Origin: an uncultured bacterium
GTDB lineage: Bacteria; UBP4; UBA4092
Assembly (NCBI GenBank): GCA_964644695.1
Contig: CAZXWN010000005.1
Span: 62,001 to 126,000, forward strand
Reading direction: 5' to 3'
DNA length: 64,000 bases
Shown: one piece after another, positions 20,342 through 28,884 of the stretch
Layout of the letters: the number at the start of each line of letters is the position of its first letter
Numbering within the stretch: position 1 is the stretch's first letter
Notes under the pieces: model-generated
Database searches by the model: none
What the model saw: the letters and a program-made list of their open reading frames with translations, nothing else
Told to the model about the DNA's origin: nothing
Program-made: the position numbers and the translations under genes

Positions 20342-20376
20342 AAAACTCCAGGAACAATGTTCCTGGAGTTTTTTTT
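20342..20376 (+). terminator. Intrinsic terminator after tRNA
   Basis: AAAACTCCAGGAAC/GTTCCTGGAGTTTT stem with a T-run. Confidence 0.85.
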
Positions 20377-20528
20377 GTATCCTGGATGGATCTTGATCTT
20401 GGATATCAGGTCTGATTCAACTTCAACCACTCCAGTCCAATAGACAATTACCTACCTGTGATAAAATCAACAAAATTCGCTCCACATAAATCAACTTATC
20501 ATCAAATCATGTTGTCATAGGTGCAATA

Positions 20529-21584
20529 ATGGAAGTATCTGAAAGAATAACTGGGTGTCTTCTTGGTGGAGCTGTAGGAGATGCTCTGGGAGCTCCAGTC
20601 GAATTCATGTCACTGTGTGAAATACGATCCCAGTTTGGCAGTGATGGAATTGACCATTATGTTCCAGTTTTCGGTAAGGTCGGGGCGATTACAGACGATA
20701 CCCAAATGACGCTATTCACATTGGAAGGGCTATTACGAACGGATATGCGCCACTATCACAAGGGAATAGCTTCGTATATAGACTGTGTTCGTTTCGCCTA
20801 CATGAGATGGCTTGGAACACAGGGAACTATGGTCAAGAACGATAGGTTTTCTTTTATTTATAATGGTTGGCTGTGGAAACAAAATCTTCTACACTCACGT
20901 CGCGCGCCTGGAAATTCTTGTCTTTCAGCATTGGGATACTATGCATCACAGTTAGAGCAAAATCACTTATCCATAAGTGATCAACCTATCAACAATAGTA
21001 AAGGTTGTGGTGGTATTATGCGCATGGCACCAGTTGGCTTTTTTAATTTTGATTGTTTTAATGTAGGTTGCGAACTGGCAAAGCTGACACACGGGCACCC
21101 ATCAGGATATATTGCATCAGGATTTTTTGCGCAACTGATAGCTGAAATTATTGAAGGCTGCTGTTTAGAAGATGCAATAGAGCTTGCTAAAGATAAAGCC
21201 ATGCACTGGGCAGACAGTCATGAGGTTATGCGGGCAGTAAATATGGCGATTGATTTTGCCACACACAAAGAGGCTACTCCAGAAACAATTAAAAAACTGG
21301 GTGAAGGATGGGTAGCAGAGGAAGCTCTAGCTATTTCGCTTTTCTGCGCACTGAAAGCAAAAAGTTTTGAGCATGGTGTTCTGCTTGCAGTAAACCATGA
21401 TGGCGATAGTGATTCAACAGGTGCAATCACTGGGAATATTCTGGGGGCATTATGGGGTCAGAAAAAAATACCAGAGCATTTTTTATTAGATTTGGAACTC
21501 AGAGATGTTATTGAACAAATGGCGTGGGATGTAGTGAACTTCAGCTATACCGATGAATGGTGGGATAGGTACCCAGGAACATAG
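20529..21584 (+). CDS. ADP-ribosylglycohydrolase family protein (DraG/Tri1-like)
   Basis: GAVGDALG, ITDDTQMT, GCGGIMR, LTHGHP, GDSDSTGAITG. Confidence 0.93.
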   Translation: MEVSERITGCLLGGAVGDALGAPVEFMSLCEIRSQFGSDGIDHYVPVFGKVGAITDDTQMTLFTLEGLLRTDMRHYHKGIASYIDCVRFAYMRWLGTQGTMVKNDRFSFIYNGWLWKQNLLHSRRAPGNSCLSALGYYASQLEQNHLSISDQPINNSKGCGGIMRMAPVGFFNFDCFNVGCELAKLTHGHPSGYIASGFFAQLIAEIIEGCCLEDAIELAKDKAMHWADSHEVMRAVNMAIDFATHKEATPETIKKLGEGWVAEEALAISLFCALKAKSFEHGVLLAVNHDGDSDSTGAITGNILGALWGQKKIPEHFLLDLELRDVIEQMAWDVVNFSYTDEWWDRYPGT

Positions 21585-21737
21585 GGAAAACATCGTTTGT
21601 TGATTGGTCAGATTATGAATGAACAGTCACATACAGCTTATTACATATATTTCAGAAAACTATCACAAGCTCCAGAAACAATGTTCTTAGAGCTTTTTTG
21701 TATCCACATAATACACTTAGCATATTGAGATAAACAG

Positions 21738-21766
21738 TTGCGATCTAGACAACTCTTTTCTATAAT
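21738..21766 (+). promoter_or_regulatory. Putative sigma70 promoter of thi operon
   Basis: TTGCGA-N17-TATAAT just upstream of the TPP aptamer. Confidence 0.6.
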
Positions 21767-21786
21767 AGTTTTACAACTTAATCACC

Positions 21787-21879
21787 AAACACGAGGGAGC
21801 TCATATTTTTTGGGCTGAGAGTGGGCAATAAGCACCAGACCTCTAGACCTGATCGGGATAATGCCCGCGTAGGAATGTT
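21787..21879 (+). ncRNA. TPP riboswitch
   Basis: GGG..GCTGAGA..ACCTGATCGGGATAATGCCCGCGTAGGA conserved motifs, upstream of thiS. Confidence 0.93.
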
Positions 21880-21883
21880 ATCG

Positions 21884-21920
21884 AAGCACACCTAGGCGTA
21901 GGCGTGCTTTTTTGTTTTTT
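21884..21920 (+). terminator. Riboswitch expression-platform terminator
   Basis: AAGCACACCTA/TAGGCGTGCTT stem plus long T-run between the aptamer and thiS. Confidence 0.75.
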
Positions 21921-21936
21921 TACAGGAGATAACCAA

Positions 21937-22137
21937 ATGCGCATTTATGTAAATGGCATAGAGACTGTTATTGCAACCCCCATATCTGTAAATGAACTAA
22001 TAGCTCAAAAGGGATTAAATCCTGACCATGTAGTCATTGAATACAATATGGATATTTTACCCAGGGAAAAATGGAAACAATCTCATCTTCAAGATGAAGA
22101 TAGATTGGAAATAATTGCATTCGTAGGAGGAGGTTGA
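21937..22137 (+). CDS. thiS: Sulfur carrier protein ThiS
   Basis: MRIYVNG...[10 protein letters not shown] with C-terminal GG; SD AGGAG. Confidence 0.95.
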   Translation: MRIYVNGIETVIATPISVNELIAQKGLNPDHVVIEYNMDILPREKWKQSHLQDEDRLEIIAFVGGG

Positions 22138-22141
22138 TGTC

Positions 22142-22933
22142 ATGGCTGATATATTGAAAATCGGAGACAAAGAACTTACAAGTCGTTTGTTTCTGGGTAC
22201 CGGTAAATATGCTAATAACAAGTTAATCAAGGATGTGGTAGTTACTTCTGGAGCCCAAGTGGTAACAGTTGCGGTCAGACGTGTAGATAACTCTTTCCCT
22301 GGAGAAAACATTTTAGAATCAATCCCCAAGGATACAATTCTAATGCCAAATACCTCAGGTGCACGAAATGCCCAAGAAGCGGTTCGTATTGCCAGACTTG
22401 CCAGAGCAGCAGGATGTGGCAACTGGGTCAAAATCGAGGTTATTTCCGATAACCGTTATTTGCTACCAGATAATTACGAAACAATCAAAGCAACAGAAAT
22501 ACTTGCATCGGAAGGTTTCATAGTACTACCTTATATAAGCCCCGATTTGATGGTAGCCCATAGTTTAGTGGAAAATGGTGCAGCTGCGGTAATGCCACTT
22601 GGTGCACCCATCGGAAGTAATCGTGGACTGAGAACCAAGGAACTCATTCAGATCATGATTGATGAAATATCTCTTCCAATCATTGTTGATGCAGGAATTG
22701 GAAGACCCTCTGAGGCAGCTGAGGCAATGGAAATGGGGGCCGCTGCCGTACTTGTGAATACGGCTGTTGCTACAGCATGCGATCCTGTTTCTATGGGGCA
22801 GGCTTTCAGTTTGGCAGTGAAAGCAGGGCGTATTTCTTATTTGTCTAGCCCAAGTGGAATTCAACAGTACGCCAGTGCATCATCACCCCTGATAGGGTTT
22901 CTGTCAGAGAATCCGTGTTGTAAGGAAAATTAA
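22142..22933 (+). CDS. thiG: Thiazole synthase
   Basis: [39 protein letters not shown]. Confidence 0.97.
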   Translation: MADILKIGDKELTSRLFLGTGKYANNKLIKDVVVTSGAQVVTVAVRRVDNSFPGENILESIPKDTILMPNTSGARNAQEAVRIARLARAAGCGNWVKIEVISDNRYLLPDNYETIKATEILASEGFIVLPYISPDLMVAHSLVENGAAAVMPLGAPIGSNRGLRTKELIQIMIDEISLPIIVDAGIGRPSEAAEAMEMGAAAVLVNTAVATACDPVSMGQAFSLAVKAGRISYLSSPSGIQQYASASSPLIGFLSENPCCKEN

Positions 22934-22934
22934 T

Positions 22935-24029
22935 ATGAGCTTTATGGAGGTATTGGAGCGTTATCAAAATTTTGATGCCAACACTTTTTTTACTAGTGTG
23001 ACAGAAACAGATATCAACCGAGTTCTCTCTCAAAGCAAACTGTCACCTATGGATTATCTTACACTCCTTTCTCCTCTGGCCGAAAAACACCTGGAGGAGA
23101 TGGCACAAAAAGCGCATAGACTCACAGTACAACACTTTGGAAATACGATGCAACTATTTACACCTATGTATGTTTCTAATCACTGTGTAAATCACTGCCG
23201 GTACTGTAGTTTTAATACCAATAACAATCTCCATCGAGAAAAACTCAGTTTAGATAAAGTTGCTGAAGAGGCAGAAGTTATTGCATCAACAGGGCTGAAA
23301 CATATTTTACTTCTAACAGGTGAGTCCCGTTATCACACTCCAATCTCTTACATTCGGAACTGTGTTGATATTCTTAAAAACTATTTTAGTTCCATAGGAA
23401 TTGAAATATACCCACTCAATAAAGATGAATACTGCACATTAGCAGATTCAGGTGTCGATAGTCTAACAATGTTTCAGGAAACATATGATCAAGAGGCATA
23501 TGAGTTTCTTCACCCTCAAGGACCCAAGCGAGATTACAGATATAGACTGGATGCGCCGGAAAGAGGGTGCCAGACAGGTTTTCATAATGTGAATATTGGT
23601 GCTTTGTTAGGTTTGAGCGAATGGAGACGAGAGGCCTTTATCACTGGCCTACATGCTGATTACCTGCAACATAAATACCCTTGTGTTGAAATAGCTATTT
23701 CACCTCCACGAATCAGGCCTCATATTGGTAGTTTCAATACTTTGTTTACTGTAACTGACAAGAATCTCGTACAGTATATTACTGCCTTTAGATTATTTAT
23801 GCCGAGGAGTGGGGTAACACTATCATCCCGTGAGACACCATTTTTACGAGAGAAGATGGTAAAGCTGGGGGTCACCAAAATGTCAGGAGGAGTTTCTACT
23901 TCGGTTGGCGGTCACTCAAACAGGGTAACACCGGGTCAGTTTGAGATTGCTGACGAAAGGTCTGTTGTAGAAATGGCAAAGATGCTGTATTCATCGGGAT
24001 ACCAACCTGTTTATAAAGACTGGCAATAA
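22935..24029 (+). CDS. thiH: 2-iminoacetate synthase (radical SAM)
   Basis: CVNHCRYC motif, [17 protein letters not shown]; thi operon context. Confidence 0.95.
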   Translation: MSFMEVLERYQNFDANTFFTSVTETDINRVLSQSKLSPMDYLTLLSPLAEKHLEEMAQKAHRLTVQHFGNTMQLFTPMYVSNHCVNHCRYCSFNTNNNLHREKLSLDKVAEEAEVIASTGLKHILLLTGESRYHTPISYIRNCVDILKNYFSSIGIEIYPLNKDEYCTLADSGVDSLTMFQETYDQEAYEFLHPQGPKRDYRYRLDAPERGCQTGFHNVNIGALLGLSEWRREAFITGLHADYLQHKYPCVEIAISPPRIRPHIGSFNTLFTVTDKNLVQYITAFRLFMPRSGVTLSSRETPFLREKMVKLGVTKMSGGVSTSVGGHSNRVTPGQFEIADERSVVEMAKMLYSSGYQPVYKDWQ

Positions 24030-24034
24030 TTTCC

Positions 24035-24676
24035 ATGAATGATTTTGAGAAGTCACTAAGTCGTTATTTTAATCGAGAGCAATTAACTAAAATACGGGCA
24101 GTCAAAATTGGAATTGCTGGCGCAGGAGGATTAGGATCGAATTGTGCCAATGCTCTAGTACGAAGCGGTTTCCGTAATATCAAACTTGTTGATTTCGATA
24201 TTGTTGATTTCAGCAATCTCAATCGCCAATTTTATTTTCTTAAACAAGCAGGAGAGAATAAGGTTAATGCACTTAAAGATAATTTAAAACTCATTAACCC
24301 TTCAGTAAATATAGAGATAACCCAACAAATGCTTAATGCCGATAATATCAGAGATTTTTTCACTGAGTGTGATGTTATTGTTGAAGCCTTTGACAAAGCT
24401 GAATATAAAAAGTTAATTGTCGAAAGCTACATTAATTCAGAAAAACTTTTAGTATCAGCATCAGGAATAGCAGGTTGGGGTGATAGTGACCGAATAAGAG
24501 TGCATCGTATCAAAGACAACTTTTATCTAATCGGAGACCGTATTACAGGGATTGATTCCAACAATCCTCCTCTTGCACCCTGTGTATTAATCGCCGCCGC
24601 TAAACAAGCAGATATAGTTCTGAGTTATGTACTAGGTACGCTTCAGAAGGGTGATCACAATGAAACAGCGGGATAA
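24035..24676 (+). CDS. thiF: ThiS adenylyltransferase
   Basis: GAGGLGSN, DFDIVDFSNLNRQ, VEAFD. Confidence 0.93.
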   Translation: MNDFEKSLSRYFNREQLTKIRAVKIGIAGAGGLGSNCANALVRSGFRNIKLVDFDIVDFSNLNRQFYFLKQAGENKVNALKDNLKLINPSVNIEITQQMLNADNIRDFFTECDVIVEAFDKAEYKKLIVESYINSEKLLVSASGIAGWGDSDRIRVHRIKDNFYLIGDRITGIDSNNPPLAPCVLIAAAKQADIVLSYVLGTLQKGDHNETAG

Positions 24677-25340
24677 TTTAAAAAACTTCCTTTCAACAGA
24701 TCTATATTGCATTACTGCAGATAAATATTCGTTGGGGCGTGGGAACATTGAAACTGCAAAGCAGATGATAAACTGTAACATTAAAGTAATCCAATACCGT
24801 GAAAAAAATAAAGACATGAAAGAGATGTATGAAGAATGTCTCACCATTCGAGAGCTTACCAGGGAACGTGACGTTACCTTTATTATCAATGATTATGTTG
24901 ACTTAGCTATAAGGATTCAAGCAGATGGGGTTCATGTTGGACAAAATGATATGCCCCCGGAGAAAGTCCGTAAGCTTGTTGGGGATAAGATGGTTATCGG
25001 GGTATCCACACATTCTCCTGCACAGGCACATAAGGCTAAAATACTGGAAGGTATCATTGACTATATTGGAGTCGGTCCAATCTTTGCGACTCAAACAAAA
25101 GAGGATGTGTGTGAACCGGTTGAGCTGGAATATCTCAATTATATTGTAAAAAATATTAACATGCCCTTTGTGGCTATTGGTGGTATCAAAAGGAATAACA
25201 TTAAGCTTGTTAGAAATAAAGGCTCACGGATTATTTCTTTAGTAACAGAAATAGTTGGTGCACCTGATATTGCGGATAGAATCAATGAAATCAGAAATAT
25301 ACTATCAAGTAGTCATCCATCCAATGTAAATCCACGTTAA
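24660..25340 (+). CDS. thiE: Thiamine-phosphate synthase
   Basis: IQYREK, FIIND, DGVHVGQND, GVSTH, GPIFATQTK, VAIGGI. Confidence 0.95.
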   Translation: MKQRDNLKNFLSTDLYCITADKYSLGRGNIETAKQMINCNIKVIQYREKNKDMKEMYEECLTIRELTRERDVTFIINDYVDLAIRIQADGVHVGQNDMPPEKVRKLVGDKMVIGVSTHSPAQAHKAKILEGIIDYIGVGPIFATQTKEDVCEPVELEYLNYIVKNINMPFVAIGGIKRNNIKLVRNKGSRIISLVTEIVGAPDIADRINEIRNILSSSHPSNVNPR

Positions 25341-25521
25341 AACTATTCCAAATAAAAACAATATCGTATTCATTATTATATTCCCCTCAGTTAACCTCTC
25401 TGCTGCACTAGCATTAAGACCCACCTTATTTTGTTAAATGAAATATTTTATTCTTACAATTCTTGACTTTTAGCCTATACTCATTTATATTGAATTGTAT
25501 TCATTATTATTGAGGTTCAAT

Positions 25522-26277
25522 ATGGATAACACACCCGTTAAAGTAGTAAAAAAAGCCTTAGATGCACTGGAATACGTAATTGAAGAGTCTCTCAATAAGC
25601 CAGGGGTGACATTAAGTGAGATTGCTGAATATACCGGTGAGCAGGCAACAACGGTACGAAATATCCTGAAAACATTGGAACAATGCGGATATTTGTCACG
25701 TCCAGCAGGCCGTCTATATTCCCCAGGGCCAAAGTGTTCAGGGTTATCGCGGGTTAGTATGTGTAGGGATTTAATCAGTATCGCTGGAGTTTCTTTAAAT
25801 ACACTGGCTCAAGTCACAGGAGAATCAGTGGTTCTGGCAACATTAGTTGGGGGAACACGGCGTGTATTAGTACGAGTCGAAGGTGGAGAGCTCATTCGTG
25901 TTAACTCACAGGTTGCTGAAGATGTTTCTTTCTGGTCTCTTGTCACAAGCAGAGTTTTAACTGCATATATCCCGGCAGATGAAGTGGATCTGGTTATAGG
26001 AGAAAATGGTCTACCGGACTCTTCATGGCCTGGAGCAGAGACACGAAGTAAGCTGGATAAGCGACTTTCTGAAATCCGAACAAATGGTCTTGCGGAAGAT
26101 CATCCAAACTCTGAATCATATTCTCTTTCAATCCCATTATTACAACCAGGTGGAAATATATTAGGTTCAATTGGATTGTATATGCCGTCATTTCGATATA
26201 ACGAAAGTCGAAGAGTGGAGTTAATCACTGCTATGAATCGTACCGCAGCTGAAATAATGAATCAAATAAAAGGGTAA
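25522..26277 (+). CDS. IclR family transcriptional regulator
   Basis: N-terminal HTH (TLSEIA...TVRNILKTLEQCGYL) and C-terminal GAF-like effector domain (L.EIR..G.A..D, SLSIP, GSIGL..P.FR). Confidence 0.9.
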   Translation: MDNTPVKVVKKALDALEYVIEESLNKPGVTLSEIAEYTGEQATTVRNILKTLEQCGYLSRPAGRLYSPGPKCSGLSRVSMCRDLISIAGVSLNTLAQVTGESVVLATLVGGTRRVLVRVEGGELIRVNSQVAEDVSFWSLVTSRVLTAYIPADEVDLVIGENGLPDSSWPGAETRSKLDKRLSEIRTNGLAEDHPNSESYSLSIPLLQPGGNILGSIGLYMPSFRYNESRRVELITAMNRTAAEIMNQIKG

Positions 26278-26322
26278 TTACTCACAATTAATCTGCCCCT
26301 AGTGGCGAAAGGAATTAGTATA

Positions 26323-28731
26323 ATGTCAGATCGTGTACTGACCGAACAGGTAAGAAAATTAGTTTTAGAACAGGGAATGGATCTCGTTGGTTTTGGCCCA
26401 GTAGATCGGTGGAAGAACGCACCCTATCTCTTAAGTCCAAAAGCAATTCTTCCTGAATCAAAAACAGTCATTGTATGTGCCATTCATATTACTGACACAT
26501 GGACGGAAATGGGTGGGGAACCTGAGCCACAAGACCGAAGTGCTGGTGGCTGGATGGACCAAAACTCTCTATTAGACAGAGTTGCTTACCGTACAGTAAG
26601 GTTTTTAACTGATCAAGGATATCAGGCCATTGGTGTCGCTTCTTCAAATATATGGCGTTACCGTGAATTCCCCGGAATCCCCAGTTTGTTTGCCCCAGAC
26701 CTGTCTCATATGCATGCTGCGGCCGCGGCGGGCTTGGCCGAGATTGGCTGGTCAGGTTTGGCTATTACACCAGAATTTGGGAGTCGATGCCGTTTCATAT
26801 CTATTGTTACTGATGCAGATTTAGTACCCACACCCATGTATTCAGGACCACCGTTATGTGACCGTTGCATGGATTGCGTCAAGGCATGTCCTTCATTCGC
26901 CATGAAAAAAGACTTTAATTCTGTCACTCCTCACCGAGTTGAGATTGGTGGAAAAGTTTATGAGTATGCCAATAAAAATATCTGGCGTTGTGCATGGGCC
27001 GAACATTTCAACTTGGATTTAAACTCAGAGAATCTGAAGACATTAAAGCATGTCGGCGAAGCAGAGATTCTCCATGAACTCAAAGTGAAAGGGACTCGGA
27101 ACCATGAGCGGGGAGTGTGTCAGAAAGTATGTGTTCCACCTCACCTCCGTTCTAAAGAACCAAGTTTTGGACGCCCTGATAAAACCATCACGCAAAATCG
27201 TATTAACAAACGGTATCCAGATAATATGCCCACATTACGAAAAATGCGGGATGATATTACTGCTTATGCAACAAAGTTTGGGATTGATGTTACAAGTGTA
27301 GGTCCACTGGACCCAAACACTGAATCGGGAAAACTGGCATTATCTGATGCTCCCGGAATGACCACAGTCATCGGTCTTGCAATGCGAGTCCCTGATGAGA
27401 TAGCCAAAGCTTCTACTACAAAAACCACCATATTAGATACTTACAAATACGGCTCCGGCTTCCATATGTTAGATCCTTATAGATATGGGTATGGTTACAA
27501 AATGCACCATATCCTGCTACGAGTTGCCCGCATGATTGAAGATTATGGATATCATGCGGCATCCTACACTGGCAGTATCCCACCGCACCAAAATGAAGCC
27601 ACTGGATTTGCAGTTATGGCAGGATTAGGACAATGTGATGAAAACGGATATTTCACAATGCCAGAATTCGGACATAATGTATTCATTGGCGCAGTAGTCA
27701 CTAACGCACCTCTTGACCCAACTCCTCAAAACACCGGTGATGTCAAAGAGCATTCCTGTGTAAGAGAATCTTCTCCCCGTAAACTGAGAAGTTATCTTGA
27801 GGGAGTAGCAAAAAACAACCTGGTCAGTTTATTTGGGGTGGCCCCAGTAAACCGATTTGACACTCTGGTAGAGGATTTAAGAGCACAAGTTGATGTCAAA
27901 TTGCTTGGTGAAGCCGTTATTGATACAAATCTTGAATATCATGGCGTGTATAAACCGGAAATAGTGCGCGAAGAAAAGCAAATCCTACATCCGAAAGACT
28001 ACATGCCTGAAGCAAAATCCGTCATCGTACTTGGAATGAACTTCCCGGAAGCAATTCTTAGAAATGCCAATCTTCCGAAATCCCAGCAAATTGGTTGTTA
28101 TGCTTACCATCAATATCAGACCGCTTTTGAATTAAGATTTGCGGCATGTGACTTAGCAGCGTCCCTGGCAAAGCGGGGATATAAAACATTAATCAGTGAG
28201 AACATGCTGGGGATAGGTTCTCAAGTAGATTCTCATCGTGGTTTCCTTCCAGATGCGCGATGCAATGCCCTTGAGGCAGTAGCGGCAGGCCTGGGTCAAC
28301 TTGGAAAAAGTGGTTCATTACTAACAGATGAGTTTGGTCCTCACCAGAGACAGATCGTTATCATTACGGATGCGGAATTGCCTGCAAATGAATTATATCA
28401 GGGAGCATCTATCTGTCAGAATTGTGACACCTGTGTCAGTACCTGCCCGATGAATGCTTTGGGTGGGACAGACATCACGGTACGAATAGATGGACAGCCA
28501 ATCACGATGCCCTATGTTGCACGACATCGCTGTGACTGGTCAAAGAAATATGCACTTTGTGCAGAAGAAGGACCGGCACTCATTGGAAATAAGACAAACA
28601 TTCCAAAACCAGAAGGGCTTGTAAGTATTGAGACTATTGCAAATGCTATTTCTGGAAGAGATCCCATTATGAAGAAGAGACCTTGTATTTTGGAAACATG
28701 CTTACATAAATGCCCTGCAGGTACTCATTAG
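26323..28731 (+). CDS. Multidomain QueG/reductive dehalogenase-like 4Fe-4S protein (three tandem modules)
   Basis: Three copies of the G.D.VG..P..K.VI...G...A..AGL..G.....P.FG....V.T.A.L pattern; CDRCMDCVKACP and CQNCDTCVSTCP ferredoxin motifs. Confidence 0.8.
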   Translation: MSDRVLTEQVRKLVLEQGMDLVGFGPVDRWKNAPYLLSPKAILPESKTVIVCAIHITDTWTEMGGEPEPQDRSAGGWMDQNSLLDRVAYRTVRFLTDQGYQAIGVASSNIWRYREFPGIPSLFAPDLSHMHAAAAAGLAEIGWSGLAITPEFGSRCRFISIVTDADLVPTPMYSGPPLCDRCMDCVKACPSFAMKKDFNSVTPHRVEIGGKVYEYANKNIWRCAWAEHFNLDLNSENLKTLKHVGEAEILHELKVKGTRNHERGVCQKVCVPPHLRSKEPSFGRPDKTITQNRINKRYPDNMPTLRKMRDDITAYATKFGIDVTSVGPLDPNTESGKLALSDAPGMTTVIGLAMRVPDEIAKASTTKTTILDTYKYGSGFHMLDPYRYGYGYKMHHILLRVARMIEDYGYHAASYTGSIPPHQNEATGFAVMAGLGQCDENGYFTMPEFGHNVFIGAVVTNAPLDPTPQNTGDVKEHSCVRESSPRKLRSYLEGVAKNNLVSLFGVAPVNRFDTLVEDLRAQVDVKLLGEAVIDTNLEYHGVYKPEIVREEKQILHPKDYMPEAKSVIVLGMNFPEAILRNANLPKSQQIGCYAYHQYQTAFELRFAACDLAASLAKRGYKTLISENMLGIGSQVDSHRGFLPDARCNALEAVAAGLGQLGKSGSLLTDEFGPHQRQIVIITDAELPANELYQGASICQNCDTCVSTCPMNALGGTDITVRIDGQPITMPYVARHRCDWSKKYALCAEEGPALIGNKTNIPKPEGLVSIETIANAISGRDPIMKKRPCILETCLHKCPAGTH

Positions 28732-28768
28732 CCAACAATTCATCTTATGTCTCCATGTAATTTAATTA

Positions 28769-28812
28769 AAAGTGGTGTGATAACGAAAAATTATCCACCA
28801 CTTTCTTTTTTT
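28769..28812 (+). terminator. Putative terminator
   Basis: AAAGTGGTG...CACCACTTT stem followed by a T-run. Confidence 0.6.
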
Positions 28813-28884
28813 GTTTTCTAATAATGTATCTATAATTAAGGCTAATAGTATTTCAACAAATAAAGTCCAATAAAGGCTAAACAT

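Noticed and set aside
20352-20362. GAAC-N3-GTTC as a Gram-positive LexA box
   Set aside because: That box is GAAC-N4-GTTC. The spacing is wrong and the motif sits in terminator hairpins.
20191-20415. 74-aa ORF in the track
   Set aside because: It overlaps the tRNA and its terminator, so it is spurious.
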